From contig NC_087252.1 in NCBI RefSeq assembly GCF_037042905.1, positions 27,592,001 to 27,656,000 on the forward strand: a DNA stretch of 64,000 nucleotides. Direction: 5' to 3'. Under the pieces are notes generated by a model. That model was not told where the DNA came from and searched no databases. It was given only the letters and a program-made list of their open reading frames with translations. The translations under genes and the position numbers were made by a program. Source of the DNA: Lytechinus pictus. Taxonomy: Eukaryota. Positions 12,838 through 25,749 of this stretch are shown here, one piece after another. Within the stretch, counting starts at the first letter, position 1. Every line of letters starts with the position of its first letter.

Positions 12838-15486
12838 AAGCGGGAGAATGGCTGATTGCGTATTTGCCCTAAATCCGGTATTCTCATAAGTGTCCTTCTT
12901 ATATCGTCCATTTTAATATTCAGTTTTAAAGAGAAATTTGGCTTTGAAAAATTTAGGATTCAAAGTAGTTTGATGATCATGTCGAAACTTAAGGCTATGA
13001 TGATAGTATATATATACCGATCATTGGTTTCCCAACGCCTAAAAGAAAATGGCTTCTGAAAATGCCATCTATTTGTAATGTTGGCCAGTTTTATTAAGAT
13101 GTGCTATACGCAACTTCCGGGATGCCCTTATTTAGCCGAAACGCGCTTTGCGGAAGAGAAGTAGACTTACTGTTATTTGCAGCTCTATTACAAAACTTAC
13201 CTCTGCTAAAAAGCCGTGGCACAGGAATTGCGTCACAAATCGAGAGTCGCCTATTGACATTCGCCTTCCCATCCCGAAGAAGTTGCATGATACATTTTAA
13301 TTTCATCCTTGCTAAGGTAATGCTTTACGTCTTTCTTAAGACCGGGTTACACTTGCACCGGAACCGAATCAGCTGCAAATTCATCCGAATACACGTATTC
13401 GGGTGGTTTCGGGTGTATTCTGTTCTCCCTCCGCGAATGCGAGAAAACTCGGGAAGGAGTCGGGAACATTCAAATCCGAACGAAACCATGCGAATTAGGC
13501 TCGAATCGCTCCGAATTCATTCGGGAAAATTCGGTTTTGGTTTAACCCTGGCTATTGATATTGGTCATGAACCTCTTTCAGCTTTTTTTTAAATTTAATC
13601 TTTCATTAATTCCTTCTTCTTTCCTCTCTGCCCAATGACATTCCTCTCCCTTCTCTCTCGCCTCCTGTCTCTAGCATATTCTAATTCTGTTATTTATTTC
13701 ACTTCTACTCTCTTTCTCTTATTTTAAGGGTGTGTTTCATGAAAGAATACTGACAGTTACCAAAGTAACAGCCAATCAAAATCAAGGAAAGTTGTCATCA
13801 GATTCGACAACTTGTCGGACAAAAATGTCGATGAAACACTCCCCAAAACTTCTTGTTTCTCGTCTTGTCCCTTTTTCACGTCCACCACCTTCATTCTCCA
13901 CGTACTCTGACCTCCTTTAATCTTCCACCCCCGCGCGCCTGTTACCCATCTCCCTCTTCCACTTCCGGGTTATCCCTTATCTTGACGTCACGATTTTGAT
14001 TCTAATTTATTTCACGAGCCAGTATCTTTCTCAGCATGTGAAAAACGATGTGTAGCAAAGTGAATTGTAAACAAAATGGCATCTTAACGCTTTATATAAC
14101 AACTCGAAAATTTCGATGATTCTTTTTTTTTTACAAAGAATAACTATCGTCATTACTATCATGAATTTGAGACAAAACTAATTCAAGAAATAATGCCATC
14201 AGGAAGGACTTGCGAAATTACATTTTGTCATGCTCTTTTGATGATATTAAAATTGTAAATTGGGATTTCGATTGTATTTTGCTTTCGAAAATGATCACGT
14301 GATTATCTAAACGGTTTTAGAATTTTTTGTTTTCATTCTGACTTGTGCTAAGAACGAGCTTCAATTAAAAAACAAACGAACCATATCATGACTATTTGAT
14401 AACATTCGACTTGAAAAAATGTAAATTTACATAAATTTAATGCTATGCATTGATTTAATCAAAGATCATGTGGAAATTCAAATGATATAATTTTAATTGA
14501 AACTCGCGTTACGCTTTTAACAACGTCAGACAAATTCCATACTCCTTCGTTGTGTCAAGTCAATACTTGTCAAAATTCGTATATTTTTTTTTTTTTAATT
14601 ATTGACTTTTATTTTGGGGGTCTTCTTGATAAATGACAAAAGCCTGTTAAAGGATTGCAGAATTGTCGCTGATTATATATATTTTTGATCATGTGTAAAT
14701 GGCATAATTATATCTTTCATTATTGTAGCAAATATTTGCTTGATATGGAAGGGAAATATAAATGCGATATTTTTTATCGAAAGGAAGTTTCTCTTTTCTG
14801 TTAAGTTTTGTGTACAGTATGTTCTCTTCATTTTTTTAGTCACAGATTATCTTATTTTGTGTATGGAGTTATATTATTGTACATCTTTAACACATGTAAA
14901 TGATATTGCCGATAAGTATAAAATTGTTGTTTATTAAACTGCAATGCCTATTTGGTAAACAAACGTCTACTTTTTGTGCGTGTGTGTTTTTTTTTATCTG
15001 AGACTTTGGTTCGGAAAAAAGGGGGAAGAACTTTAAGCACGTGCAGTTTATTCAGGATCGCTGATCCTAGGTATTTCAGGTAGTAAAATGTGTAAATAAT
15101 TAGGTCATTACATTCTGCCAAACGAAGTTTAAGAGAGGACATGAATCAGCTTACGAAATGGCAGGCGGCTGGTCGCTAAGCAGCGATTTTCGCCGAACTA
15201 CTTCCTCAGTTTTCACCCAATGCTCAGAAGACTTGGTCTTTGAGTGAAGACGTGCAGGAATTTTATTCAGAATGCGTTATCTTGGATATTGTATATGATG
15301 AAAATTTTGTTTAACAAAAGAAAATCTTACGGAGCGAATCACCCCTTTCCTTCACGCCCGGGTCCTATACCTCATTCAACTTTCATATCCAAAACGGAAA
15401 AAGGTGGCTGAGAGCCTAAGACGCGACGCGGCGTCAAGAATACTCCCCTCTACCCCTCCCTAATATATATATATATGTATATATAT

Positions 15487-15960
15487 GTGTGAAGTTATAC
15501 ATGTACAACAGCTTTGGCAACTCTTTTATTTAAATATTGTAAAGAAATGAATGAAGAGAACAATGGTAGGCGTAGCTTAAATCAAGGTTCCCCAGAGCTA
15601 TCTACCCTTTTGGAAAAAGTGGTCATGCTTGTCATTGTTCAAAACCCACCTTCACCCGACAAAGGAAATTACGATTGGTATAGTGTCGAAAATCTGTCTA
15701 TCTGACGGTCAATCGGATCGGGGTCGCCCGAGCCACTAACCCGTCTCTGTGGTCTAGTGGTTAAGGCACCGGCGTTCAAAGCTGGGGGCCCGGGTTCGAT
15801 TCCCGGCAGAGACATTTTTTCGGCATCACCAATTTTTCCAAAAGGGTAGATAGCTCTGGGGAACCTTGATTTAAGCTACGCCTACCATTGTTCTCTTCAT
15901 CCATATCTTTCACACAATATTTAAATAAAAGAGTTGCCAAAGCTGTTGTACATGTATAAC
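15487..15960. mobile_element. Foldback element with about 135-bp inverted arms around a tRNA-like core, inserted in (TA)n
   Basis: 15494-15628 is the reverse complement of 15823-15960, with TA runs on both sides. Further copies at 29941-30258 and 21369-21447. Confidence 0.85.
15743..15814 (+). tRNA. tRNA-like gene (72 nt, Glu-like body) with anticodon TCA, carried inside a repeat; function unproven
   Basis: Stems GTCTCTG/CAGAGAC, GTCT/AGGC, CCGGC/GCTGG (loop GTTCAAA) and CCGGG/CCCGG (loop TTCGATT). Box A TGGTCTAGTGG, box B GGTTCGATTCC, followed by T6. Confidence 0.75.
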
Positions 15961-16116
15961 ATATATATATATTATATATAATAAACTTTTGAAGAAAATA
16001 ACAAAATGCTAGGAAATTGGGACCCGTTTATTCCTCTCTCCTGCGTCCTGTTGGTATCTGGAAGGGATATTCTGGCTAAGACGGTACCCCCCCCCCCCCA
16101 ACAAAAAATAAAATAA

Positions 16117-16863
16117 AATAGAGGTCCCATAAAATCATTCACATTTTTTCAAGAATAAGGGGGGCTGTAAAAATATTTTAAAATGCATTATTATGGACAT
16201 ATTTTGTATACATGTAGGTGCTTTTATGTATATAGCTCGTAAGAACACGTGAGACGGTGTTATACTTATGTAAACCTTTGGTCACGCGTTGTTACCATGA
16301 ATTATGCCCTATTTTTTTTTAGTATATTTATTTTTGATAAGCCTGCTCTTCTAATCAATTCATATTTTCCCCATTTCGACCTCGCCTTATCATGTCTAAT
16401 GAGTATCCCTTTTAAATTTAGAAACGACGAGGGGTTATTTTTCTTCTCCCAATAAGAAACGACTTCTGATAATTTTCAAGATGAAGAATAGAGGTCCCAT
16501 AAAATTATTCACATTTTTTCAAGAATAAGGGGGGGGGGGGGGCTGTATAAAGATTTTAAAAAGCATTGTTATGGACATATTTTGTAAACATGTAGGTGCT
16601 TTTATGTATATATAGCTCGTGGGAAAACGTGAGACGGTGTTATACTTAGGTAAACCTTTGGTCACGCGTTGTGACCATGAATTATGCCCTATGTTTTTGC
16701 TATATTTTATTTCTGATAAGCCTGCTCTTCTAATTAATGCATATTTTCCCCCATTTCGACCTCGCCTTATCATGTCTAATGAGTATCCCTTTTAAATTTA
16801 GAAACGACGAGTGGTTATTTTTCTTCTCCCAATAAAGATACAACTTCTGATAATTTTCAAGAT
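16117..16863. repeat. Tandem duplication of about 370 bp
   Basis: AATAGAGGTCCCATAAAAT starts near-identical blocks at 16117 and 16487. Confidence 0.95.
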
Positions 16864-16949
16864 AAAGCTCAGGAGGGTGTTGGTGCTTCATAAGGCTGTT
16901 CGTAAAGCTAGGGTTACACCGGGTGCTTCATAAGGCTGTTCGTAAAGCT

Positions 16950-17396
16950 AGGGTTACACCGGAAACGAATCGGCTGCGAATCCATCCGAATACACGTATA
17001 CGGATGGATTCGGGACTATTCTGTTCTCCCTCAGCGAATGCGAGAAAATTTAGGAAGGATTCGGGAACACGGAGGAATTGGGCTCGGTTTGAAATGCTCA
17101 AAACCAGCCGAATACCCTCCAAAATACTTGCGAATGTGGCCACAGCAAATTTCATTCGGGATGTATTCGGATGACATTCGGTTAGATTCTAGCCACTATT
17201 CGGCTGGCATTCGGCTTTATTCGGGTCAATTCTTGGCGATTCTGCGCTAAATCGTGATTTATTCGGGACCTTTTCGTCTCTATTCGGGGAGCTCCCCGAA
17301 TGAGATATGACCAGGTCCCGAATCCATCCAAATTATCCCTTATTCGGACAGGATCAGTCCGAAATTATTTGGGAAAATCGGTTCTGGTGTAGCCTT
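16950..17396. mobile_element. MITE rich in CCGAAT/ATTCGG motifs; shorter relative at about 13344-13551
   Basis: AGGGTTACACCGGAAACGA/TCGGTTCTGGTGTAGCCT ends and a shared 5' body. Confidence 0.7.
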
Positions 17397-17403
17397 GATT
17401 TAA

Positions 17404-19210
17404 AGGGGAAACTCGAAAAGTTTGTAGTAAAAATAGCAGAAAAAATAATTAATATTGGTGAAGGTTTTATGAAAACCCATTAGAAGTTAAGAAAATTATG
17501 TAAATTGTATTTTTTTCATTTGTGAAGTCATAATTAATATATACGAGCAGTAAAAAGTTTTTAATGGTTCGTGACGACTTTCTTTACTTTTCTTTTTGGC
17601 ATGTGGTGTGAAATGATTGGTCTATTTACTCAAGATACAATAAGATTTATTTTCAATTTTCTGATGAAATAACACATCAAATTTTTTACCATACGGTATG
17701 GGGGTAATTTGCTCACATAATTATGACGTCACAAATGATATAATAAAATTCTAATAATATTTTTAATTCTTTGATGGATTTTCCTTCAACCTTCAATATT
17801 TTTAAATTATTTTTCCTGCTATTTTACAATAAATGTTTTGTCTGCGTGAATTTCCCATTTAAGGGACTACCCCGGTCTAAAAATAATATCTTGATAAAAT
17901 AGAGTAAATTTTACCAAGAAAAGCCCTGAAAATTTCATCAATATCTGAAAACAAAATGACGAAGTTATGCTCGCCGCGGCGCGCCGTTGTGAATTTTCCG
18001 TTACCATAATATGTTAGTAAATGAATTCATAATTGCTTTTTCCTATTTTCATATAATGTGTGCACAATTATGTCTTCCTTATAACAAAATAAGTTGCCGG
18101 AATGAATACTTTACGTATCAAATGAAATGCCAATCCAATATGCAATCCAAAAATAGAAAATGATAAATGGGGACTTGACATATTATCCACTTGCTCATTG
18201 CGTATTCATGAAGACATGCAAAGAACAGTTTCATCGAAACAAGGCAAAGCTTTAGAAATGTCATAAATTAAACATTTGTTTTTCCTTCTCCGACTCTGAT
18301 GAAATTTGTCAGTGTTCATGTGTGTTTAATTTTACTTGAAACCATATTTCAGAACCCCTTAAAGTGATGGTCCGGGCTGAAAATATTTATATCTTAATAC
18401 ACGGAGTAGAATTCACTGAGCAAAATGCCGAAAATTTCATCAAAATCGGATAAAAAATAATAAAGTTATTGAAGTTTAAAGTTGAGCAATATTTTGTGAA
18501 AACAGTCGTAATGAATATTCATTAGGTGGGCTGATGATGTCACATCCCCACTTTCCGTTTTCTTATGTTATTACATAAATTCATATTTTTTTCATTATTT
18601 CATACTTGTGTGAATAATATGTCTCCCTTATAATGAAAAAAGTTGCAGCAATAAATATTTAATGCACTAAATCAGTTGTCAATCAAATTTTTCTAGTTCT
18701 TGGAGGAAAAAATTGGAATAAATCTAATTTTATATCATAAAATACAAAAGAACAAGTGGGGATGTGACATCATCAGCCCACCTAATGAATATTCATGACG
18801 ACTGTTTTCACAAAATATTGCTAAACTGTAGAATTCAATAACTTTGTTATTTGTTATCCGATTTCGATGAAATTCTACTCTATTTTTTTTGCTATAAATA
18901 CTTTCAGCCCGGACCATCCCTTTAAAGGGAAAGTTCACCCTGACAAAAAGTTTATTGTAAAAATAGTATATAGAAAAAAATAATAAAAAATATTGCCGAA
19001 AGTTTGAGGAGTTATTAGAAGTTTAATTATTTGATTTGTGACGTCACATGCGAGTAGCTTTCCTTCATATCGTTTTGTTTTTAATCAATTATGAAATGTC
19101 ATTTTGTCAGAAAATTGAAAATAGTTTTCACTGTACCTTCAGTATAGACAAACATTTCACACCTGTTCCTATACAAAGAAAACAAAAACCATTACAAAAA
19201 ATGAAATAAT
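17404..19210. mobile_element. Chain of four abutting TTAA-flanked Kolobok-like MITEs
   Basis: TTAA at 17400, 17859, 18359 and 18922 separates elements with AGGG-type TIRs, e.g. AGTGATGGTCCGGGCTGAAA/TTTCAGCCCGGACCATCCCT. The last element is truncated. Confidence 0.75.
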
Positions 19211-21368
19211 CTGTGGCGAAGCCGGAAGGCAAGCGTGGTGGAAAGGGGTGGGGGGGGGGGGTAGAAACATCGTTTCATTTTCAATTGTTATGAGGCTAGG
19301 TGAGGCAGGGGCGCGGCCAAACGAAAATACGTTTGGGGGTCAATGTGCTTTTAGGTGATATTCAATTTTTTTTTACGCGGTTTTGAAAAAAAAATCAAAT
19401 TTGAATTACTAAAACTCGCTTTTTGGTCAATTATGGGGCTATATTAGGTCATACTGTTAACATTGCCTCCCGCGCGAGAAGTTGTGAGCGCTAATCGCAA
19501 GCTCAAACTTTTGGGCATTTCAATAAGAAATGAAAATTAAACATTTTGAACAGTTCTCGTAATCATGAAAAAGATGTGTATCTAACCAAAGAATTAACGC
19601 GAGCACGAAGCGCGAGAAGAAAATTTATGATATTCCAACCAGAAAACTGGACATTCTAAGCATTTTTATAACCAGAAAAAGGGTAAGTACCTTATTACAT
19701 AACAACTGAGGCGAGCGTGAAGCGCGTAAATATATTTGTGATTTTCTAACCTGAAATGTATTATATGTTGTACTTCAAAAAGAGTATTTGATTTTAAAAA
19801 AGGGCAAATTTCATTTTAAAAAATGTATTTTTCCTTTTGAAAAAGGGCATTTTTACCGACGGGGATTTTGTTTTCATAATCAGCAGAAGCTGTTAAAATG
19901 ACACCCCTCCCCTAAAAAAAAATCCCCTTATCTGGGGTTTATTCGCATGTGACCAACAGTCAGTCCCCAACATTCTAAATCCATTCGTTCGATAATGCAG
20001 ACAGCAATTGCTCAGAGAAAAAAAAATACGATGTTTGATCCAATTAAGCGCCAACTCTTGATGCAACTGCTTTGACCACAACACACACACATGTATCGTC
20101 CGTTGAAACTATTACTGCATAATATTAATATCCTGTTATTTTGAATTGCAACACCATTTTCGTTACAAAAATAAATTTATTTCATTTTTGGATTAAAGAA
20201 CCTTATTTCGTTTTCGGACTAACCTTTGTAATTACGAATCTTAATTGCGTTTTCGGACTAACGAACCTTATTTTGTTTTCGTATTAACGAAACTTCGCAA
20301 TTGCGAACCTTCGGAATTACGAAAGTAACCCACACCAGACAATGGCCTGTACTATACTGAAGAAGATTTGATAAGAGTAGTCTTGATACAGAAATTGTGT
20401 GATTGATATTATCACCACAGAAATACACTTCGTTGGGCAAAAAAAAAATGTAACCGCAAAGCACGCTCTTTCTTCAGAGAAGAGGGTGGCAGTCAGATAA
20501 CCGACCTTTTTATTTTCCCTTTTTGTTTTTCTCAAAAAAGGTCTCTCACTCGGATGAGGTCTCTCTTACCGACAGAATATACTCATCATGCATATATTTA
20601 TGCGGGGTTTAATTCTTTTCATCCTCGTATATCCTTCAGGATTTAGGGAGGCACTCTCTCCTTTTTTTGGACGCATTTTAAAACAGGTTACAATTATTAG
20701 GATGAGGGGCTGTTTTTCAGTCATTATTTATGTCAAGACTGTCGAATAGGCTGTTATCCAAATCCATGACTGTGTGTGTATATGTACATATATCAGCAGA
20801 ACATGTAAGTCTAGATTAATATCCGTGTTTTTTTTTTTTCATTTTTACAAACCTCTTTCATAATATCCTTTTAGAAGTATGCTTGGCCCAAAAGTTTTCA
20901 TCGTGTTTTTCATATTATTCATTTATAATGTATTATGTTTCGTTTACCAAATTAACACAAAGGACAATCCCTTTTGGGAGGGGTTTGAAAAAGATCACCT
21001 TCGGGAGTAACCACCCCCCTTGTATGTGTGTGTGTGTGTGGGGGGGGGGGGGGAGTTGTCAATTTTTTTTTCTTGAGAAACACGCACACCCTCTTAGAAA
21101 TTCTTTCCCATATTATACACACAGTGGTGGTCAAAATTTATGAACCCCACCAGAAAATGAACATATTGAAAGTGCACTCTTAAAAAGGTTGGACTCACAG
21201 AGAAGGTCCAATTTTAACCATCACTGGGCAACATACTGTCCACACAACTATTGGTTAAAATCTGTCCAAATTGGGTAATAAAAACTAATAATTGGGTAAT
21301 AAATAAATTTGCTCAATTGGATAATAATTGCCAAGAATATAAATAAATAAATATATATATAGATAGAT

Positions 21369-21447
21369 GTGTGAAATTATACATGTACAACAGCTTTGGC
21401 AACCCTTTAATTTGAATATTTTGTGAAATAAATGGATGAAGAGAACA
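21369..21447. mobile_element. Terminal fragment of the same foldback element, between TA runs
   Basis: GTGTGAAATTATACATGTACAACAGCTTTGGCAAC...GATGAAGAGAACA matches the outer end of the arm. Confidence 0.8.
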
Positions 21448-21448
21448 C

Positions 21449-21450
21449 AT

Positions 21451-21521
<71 letters not shown>

Positions 21522-21543
21522 CATATATATATATATATTATAT
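21449..21543. repeat. (TA)n microsatellite
   Basis: Direct reading. Confidence 0.98.
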
Positions 21544-21544
21544 G

Positions 21545-21915
21545 AAGAAAGATTTGAGAAGCAGACTATTATTCACTTCATGCAGATGGAAAACCAGATT
21601 GATGAGACCAGATTAATGAGATCACTATTGATGGAGTGCAGCAGTGTTTGCTGGGGTTCCCTAACTTTCGAGCACAACTGCTTAATATATAACTATATAC
21701 ACTTAGAACTCCTTAATTAGATCCGTCATAATGGAAATCTTTGTGTAATTTAATGTACTCTGTATTGAATGATTGTTTTTTTTTAATTATGTACTCTTTG
21801 TAAAATATCTTTGTATGTTCTCATATTTTGTAAACATGTATATTTCAGCCACTGGCTGCCAAGCATGTATATATTACCAATAAGCCATTACTATACTATA
21901 CTATACTGTACTATA
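21545..21915 (+). mobile_element. Probable LINE 3' end with a (TACTA)n tail
   Basis: Structured block at about 21590-21660, AT-rich UTR, AATAAG, then CTATA repeats. Confidence 0.45.
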
Positions 21916-21959
21916 CATATGCACTCTTTGCCGATGCATTTCATCTTTTAAAACATATA

Positions 21960-22272
21960 GGCCCGTATTCTGAAGTCGGGTTTAACTTAGACCACGGTCT
22001 AACTCCGTGTTAAAATTATGGGGAGCCACAAATCCAAAATATTATGTTTATATTGTATATTTCTTATGTTTACTATTTTTTTTCATTTTCCTTTCATAAC
22101 GAAGGAAAATACTTCAGCTACCATTCCCAGACAATTATGAACAATTTGGATGTCAAATGAGTTAATAAATTGAATGTGTATTGTAAGGGATTTGTGCTCC
22201 AATTGGCTCTCCATACTCAAACCACAACTTTAAACCAGGGTTTAATTTAAACCCAAGTTCAAAATACGGGCC
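21960..22272. mobile_element. Harbinger-like MITE
   Basis: GGCCCGTATTCTGAAGTCGGGTTTAA/TTAAACCCAAGTTCAAAATACGGGCC. Confidence 0.75.
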
Positions 22273-23816
22273 ATAATCGTTTTCCTTCACACTCAAAATG
22301 ATTGCTTTCCTACTTTTTCCTTCCTTCTTTCAATCATACATTATTACTTACATCGTCTACTCGTCTATCACAAACCCCTTTTCATTTTTTCTCCGTTTTC
22401 ACCAGTTCGTTATTTCTCAGACATCAAGTTACTTTTATTAGTCTTTATCATTTTGTTTTATTCTCTATTTTCGGTCACAATTCGTCCTGTTTCAATTATG
22501 TTTATTTCTCCTTTTGTCGTCCTTTTTTTTTTCTTCGTGGTATTTTACTCTTTATTAGTTTTGTCTTGTTCTGTGGGTTACCTTGTTCTTTTTAATCTAT
22601 TCAGTAAGTCTCCGTAGGCAAATAGCAACCATTGCGTCTCTCCCCCCCCTCCTCTTTCTTTCTTTCTCTTTCTCTCCTCTTTTCTCTTCCTTGAGGGAGG
22701 TTCACATTATACAAGCTATGCTTTTGAGTGAATCTCCCATTTCCACAGATAGCTTTTTTTTCTATTTAAATTATATATCACAATTTGTCTACAAAATGCA
22801 CCATATTTTGTACATATCTTTATATGTTAATTATCATGGATGTTTTTTAATATGATTATAGTGACAATGATTTGTATCGCAAATATTTGTTATAATGTAT
22901 GAAAATGATTTGTATCAATATTTATGTCATTTCTGTTGGAAATAAACCTGAATCTGAATTTCCCGCCCGCGTCTTCCGCACATCCACCTTCCATTAGACA
23001 GTATTGTTTTCAGTCATTCTTTCTTTAAAAACCGAACATTACACTATCTCATATTTACTGACCTAATTATGTAACAGGCCCCCGGGAACGATTTTTTTTT
23101 TCGCTGGGGGTGGTGAAGTAAATTTAACAAGCAAAAAAACAAAACAAAAAACAAGGTTTCACTACAAAATGAAAGTCGTTTGGGTTCCCAGAAATTTGAC
23201 AACCAAAGAAGAAAGAAAGAAAAAAAAGGGGGAGGGGGGGGGGGGGTGGTTCTACACAAAATGTTGGTCATTTACAATACATTTCTCCGGAATTCCAGGG
23301 GGTGCTGCCTATGGAAAATAATACACGCAGCACCCCCTGGGAAAATCCCGAGGGTGCTTCAGCATCCCCAGCACCCCCGCTTCCCAGGGTCATGCTATAA
23401 ATATCATGTTCTGTCTCCCCTCACTCTCCATTTCACTTTCCTTGTACACAATTTTTTACCGAGGGAGGGAGAGGGGGCACAACGCGTAAATATTTTAATT
23501 CACAGAAACTCAAAAGACGAGGAGCGACCAGGCTTGTAGTGAGAGTGCACTTGCATTTTATAAAATGAAACTGAAGGATTTTGTGCAAACTTTTGGTGAA
23601 TTTTGTAAAAAAAATAAAAAATAATGGGGGGGGGGACTGCCTCCATACGCCCCCTGCCTTCGGCTATGATATGGGGATTAAGAAATGAAAGTGTGTTTCA
23701 AGTAAAATGTCTGTGGTTTTTCAATATGATATACAACCTTTTTCAAAGCAAGGACTGGGATGAAATCTTCAGGATATAATCGTTGTCTGTAGCTTCTTAA
23801 TATCCAATCCCTGTAA

Positions 23817-24276
23817 GGGCAATTCCATAGGTTGGTGGACATGAGCTCAGTGTGTCTTTGTATATATAGCCCATCTGAACAGTAACGTGAGTAACCACTT
23901 TATCTGCACCCCTAGTAAAAACCATGTGTTATTTATTTATTGAATTATATACAAATTTGTCTCCCTAAAATACTTCTTTGAAATGGATATAATCAACTTT
24001 CATAAAAGCCTTGCATGAGGACACTTTTCACTTATGTCCACTTTTCATTTTATGCATGTCCAAATCATGTAACATGAGTAACCGACACATTTCAAAGATT
24101 TGCCAGGAGCATAATGAAATTTCCCAAGTTTTGTTTTTATAGAAAGGATAGTCAGACTGTGTACTATGTTCTGATAAAGAGATGTTTAGTTCCTATCAAT
24201 AATAATCATGGAGTTACAGCTCCAAGTATGAGTCAAGGTGTCTCCAAATGTAACGTGGGTAACCGTGGAATAGCTC
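23817..24276. mobile_element. Harbinger-like MITE
   Basis: TAA-GGGCAATTCCATAGGTT ... AACCGTGGAATAGCTC, an imperfect TIR. Confidence 0.55.
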
Positions 24277-24359
24277 ATTAGATGATCTATTAGAGTAGAA
24301 GGAAAAATAAAAATCATCGCCAATAGGGGGCGCTAGATATGTCTGATTTTAATATTAAA

Positions 24360-24780
24360 GGGGTGAAAATATTTATATCTAAAAAAATAGAGTAAAATTC
24401 ACAGAGCAAAATGCTGAAAATTTCATCAAAATCTGATAACAAATAGCAAAGTTGTTGAATTTTTAAAGTTTAGCATTATTTTGTGAAAATAAAGGTATAT
24501 GCACGTCATCATGAATATTCATTAGGTGGGCTGATGATGTCAGATCCCCACTTTCCTTCTTATGTTATTACATGAAATCATAATTGTTTCATTTTTTTTT
24601 CATTCATGTGTGAATAATGTGTCTCCTCTATAATGAAATAAGTTGCGGCAATGAATATCAAATGCACTATATCAGTTGTCAATCCGAATTTTTCAGTTCT
24701 TGGTAGAAAAAAATTGAATAAAGCTAAATTCATATGAAAAATTAAAAAAAGAACAAGAGGGGATATGACATCATCAATCC
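24360..24780. mobile_element. Partial Kolobok-like MITE
   Basis: Similar to 18363-18921. Confidence 0.7.
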
Positions 24781-25749
24781 CCCCCCTCACATTTATCACT
24801 CGCCCCTCCCCCCACAATTTTCTCTTGGAATGTCCTCTTGGTTAAGCCCCTTTCACAATAGGTGGTGCGACTGCTTACAACCGTTGCAATTCTGTGCAAC
24901 ATATATTGTGACCACGTGATCGCAAACGATCGCACGAGCAACTGTGAAAGCCCCTTAAGGTAACATAAAAAAACACACTTATTGTACTTCTGATTTTACA
25001 TTGGCGCACTATTACTCTCGCTTCATAGACCCACATACACCTTCCTTCCTTTTCCCATAATTACCGTCTTCTACTTCATCCTCTCATAAATACCCATAAT
25101 GCAATTGAATAACAAGCATCAGCAGGCCATATGGCATTACATTTACATCACTATATGTATTACGAAGAAAAAAAAATCATATTTAAAAAATAGTTCCGCC
25201 ATATTTGAGTATGATGTCCATTTAGGCATTATTATACAACGATAAGAAGGAGCATATTCAAATGTATAAATCATAAACTACAAATTAAGCCACTTTGCAG
25301 TTGGAGCTCCACAACTGCTAAAACAGCTTGCCAACATCATTACATACATAAACATACACAATTTGACATAGCAACAAGATTTTCAATGTATAAGTGAAGA
25401 AAACTTCTCACTACATTTGGCTGCTTCTAGCCTATTACACCAAACCTTGGAATGAAACATATCTTGAAACTCTTTTTCAAATTGTTCTCAGCTTTCTATT
25501 AATACTTTATACATGTAGATGTTAATACATAACATTACACAAATATGTCTAAATGGGACACTGTTTATTCAAGATCTCACAAACCCTTTATGGATGAGGT
25601 AAACAATTGCAAATGCACGATTACCAATTACAACCATGCCAAAACTTCTATTTTCTATTCTTTTTTTTTTTGCTATTTATAACCTGGGCTGCTAGTTCAT
25701 AAAAAAATATATAAATATTTCTGAAGAGAAAGCACAGGGCATTTCATTA

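Noticed and set aside
13101..13592. 163-aa ORF
   Set aside because: GTG start, the second half runs through a MITE, and no domain is recognisable.
15656..15700. Hammerhead ribozyme in the tRNA element core (CGACA...TGTCG-AAA)
   Set aside because: A stem followed by GAAA is present, but there is no CUGANGA-like box before it.
15743..15814. Selenocysteine tRNA
   Set aside because: The anticodon is UCA, but it is 72 nt with a 4-nt variable loop and 7/5 acceptor/T stems, unlike tRNA-Sec.
21436..21720. ORF with IYIYIY repeat
   Set aside because: Translation of the (TA)n microsatellite.
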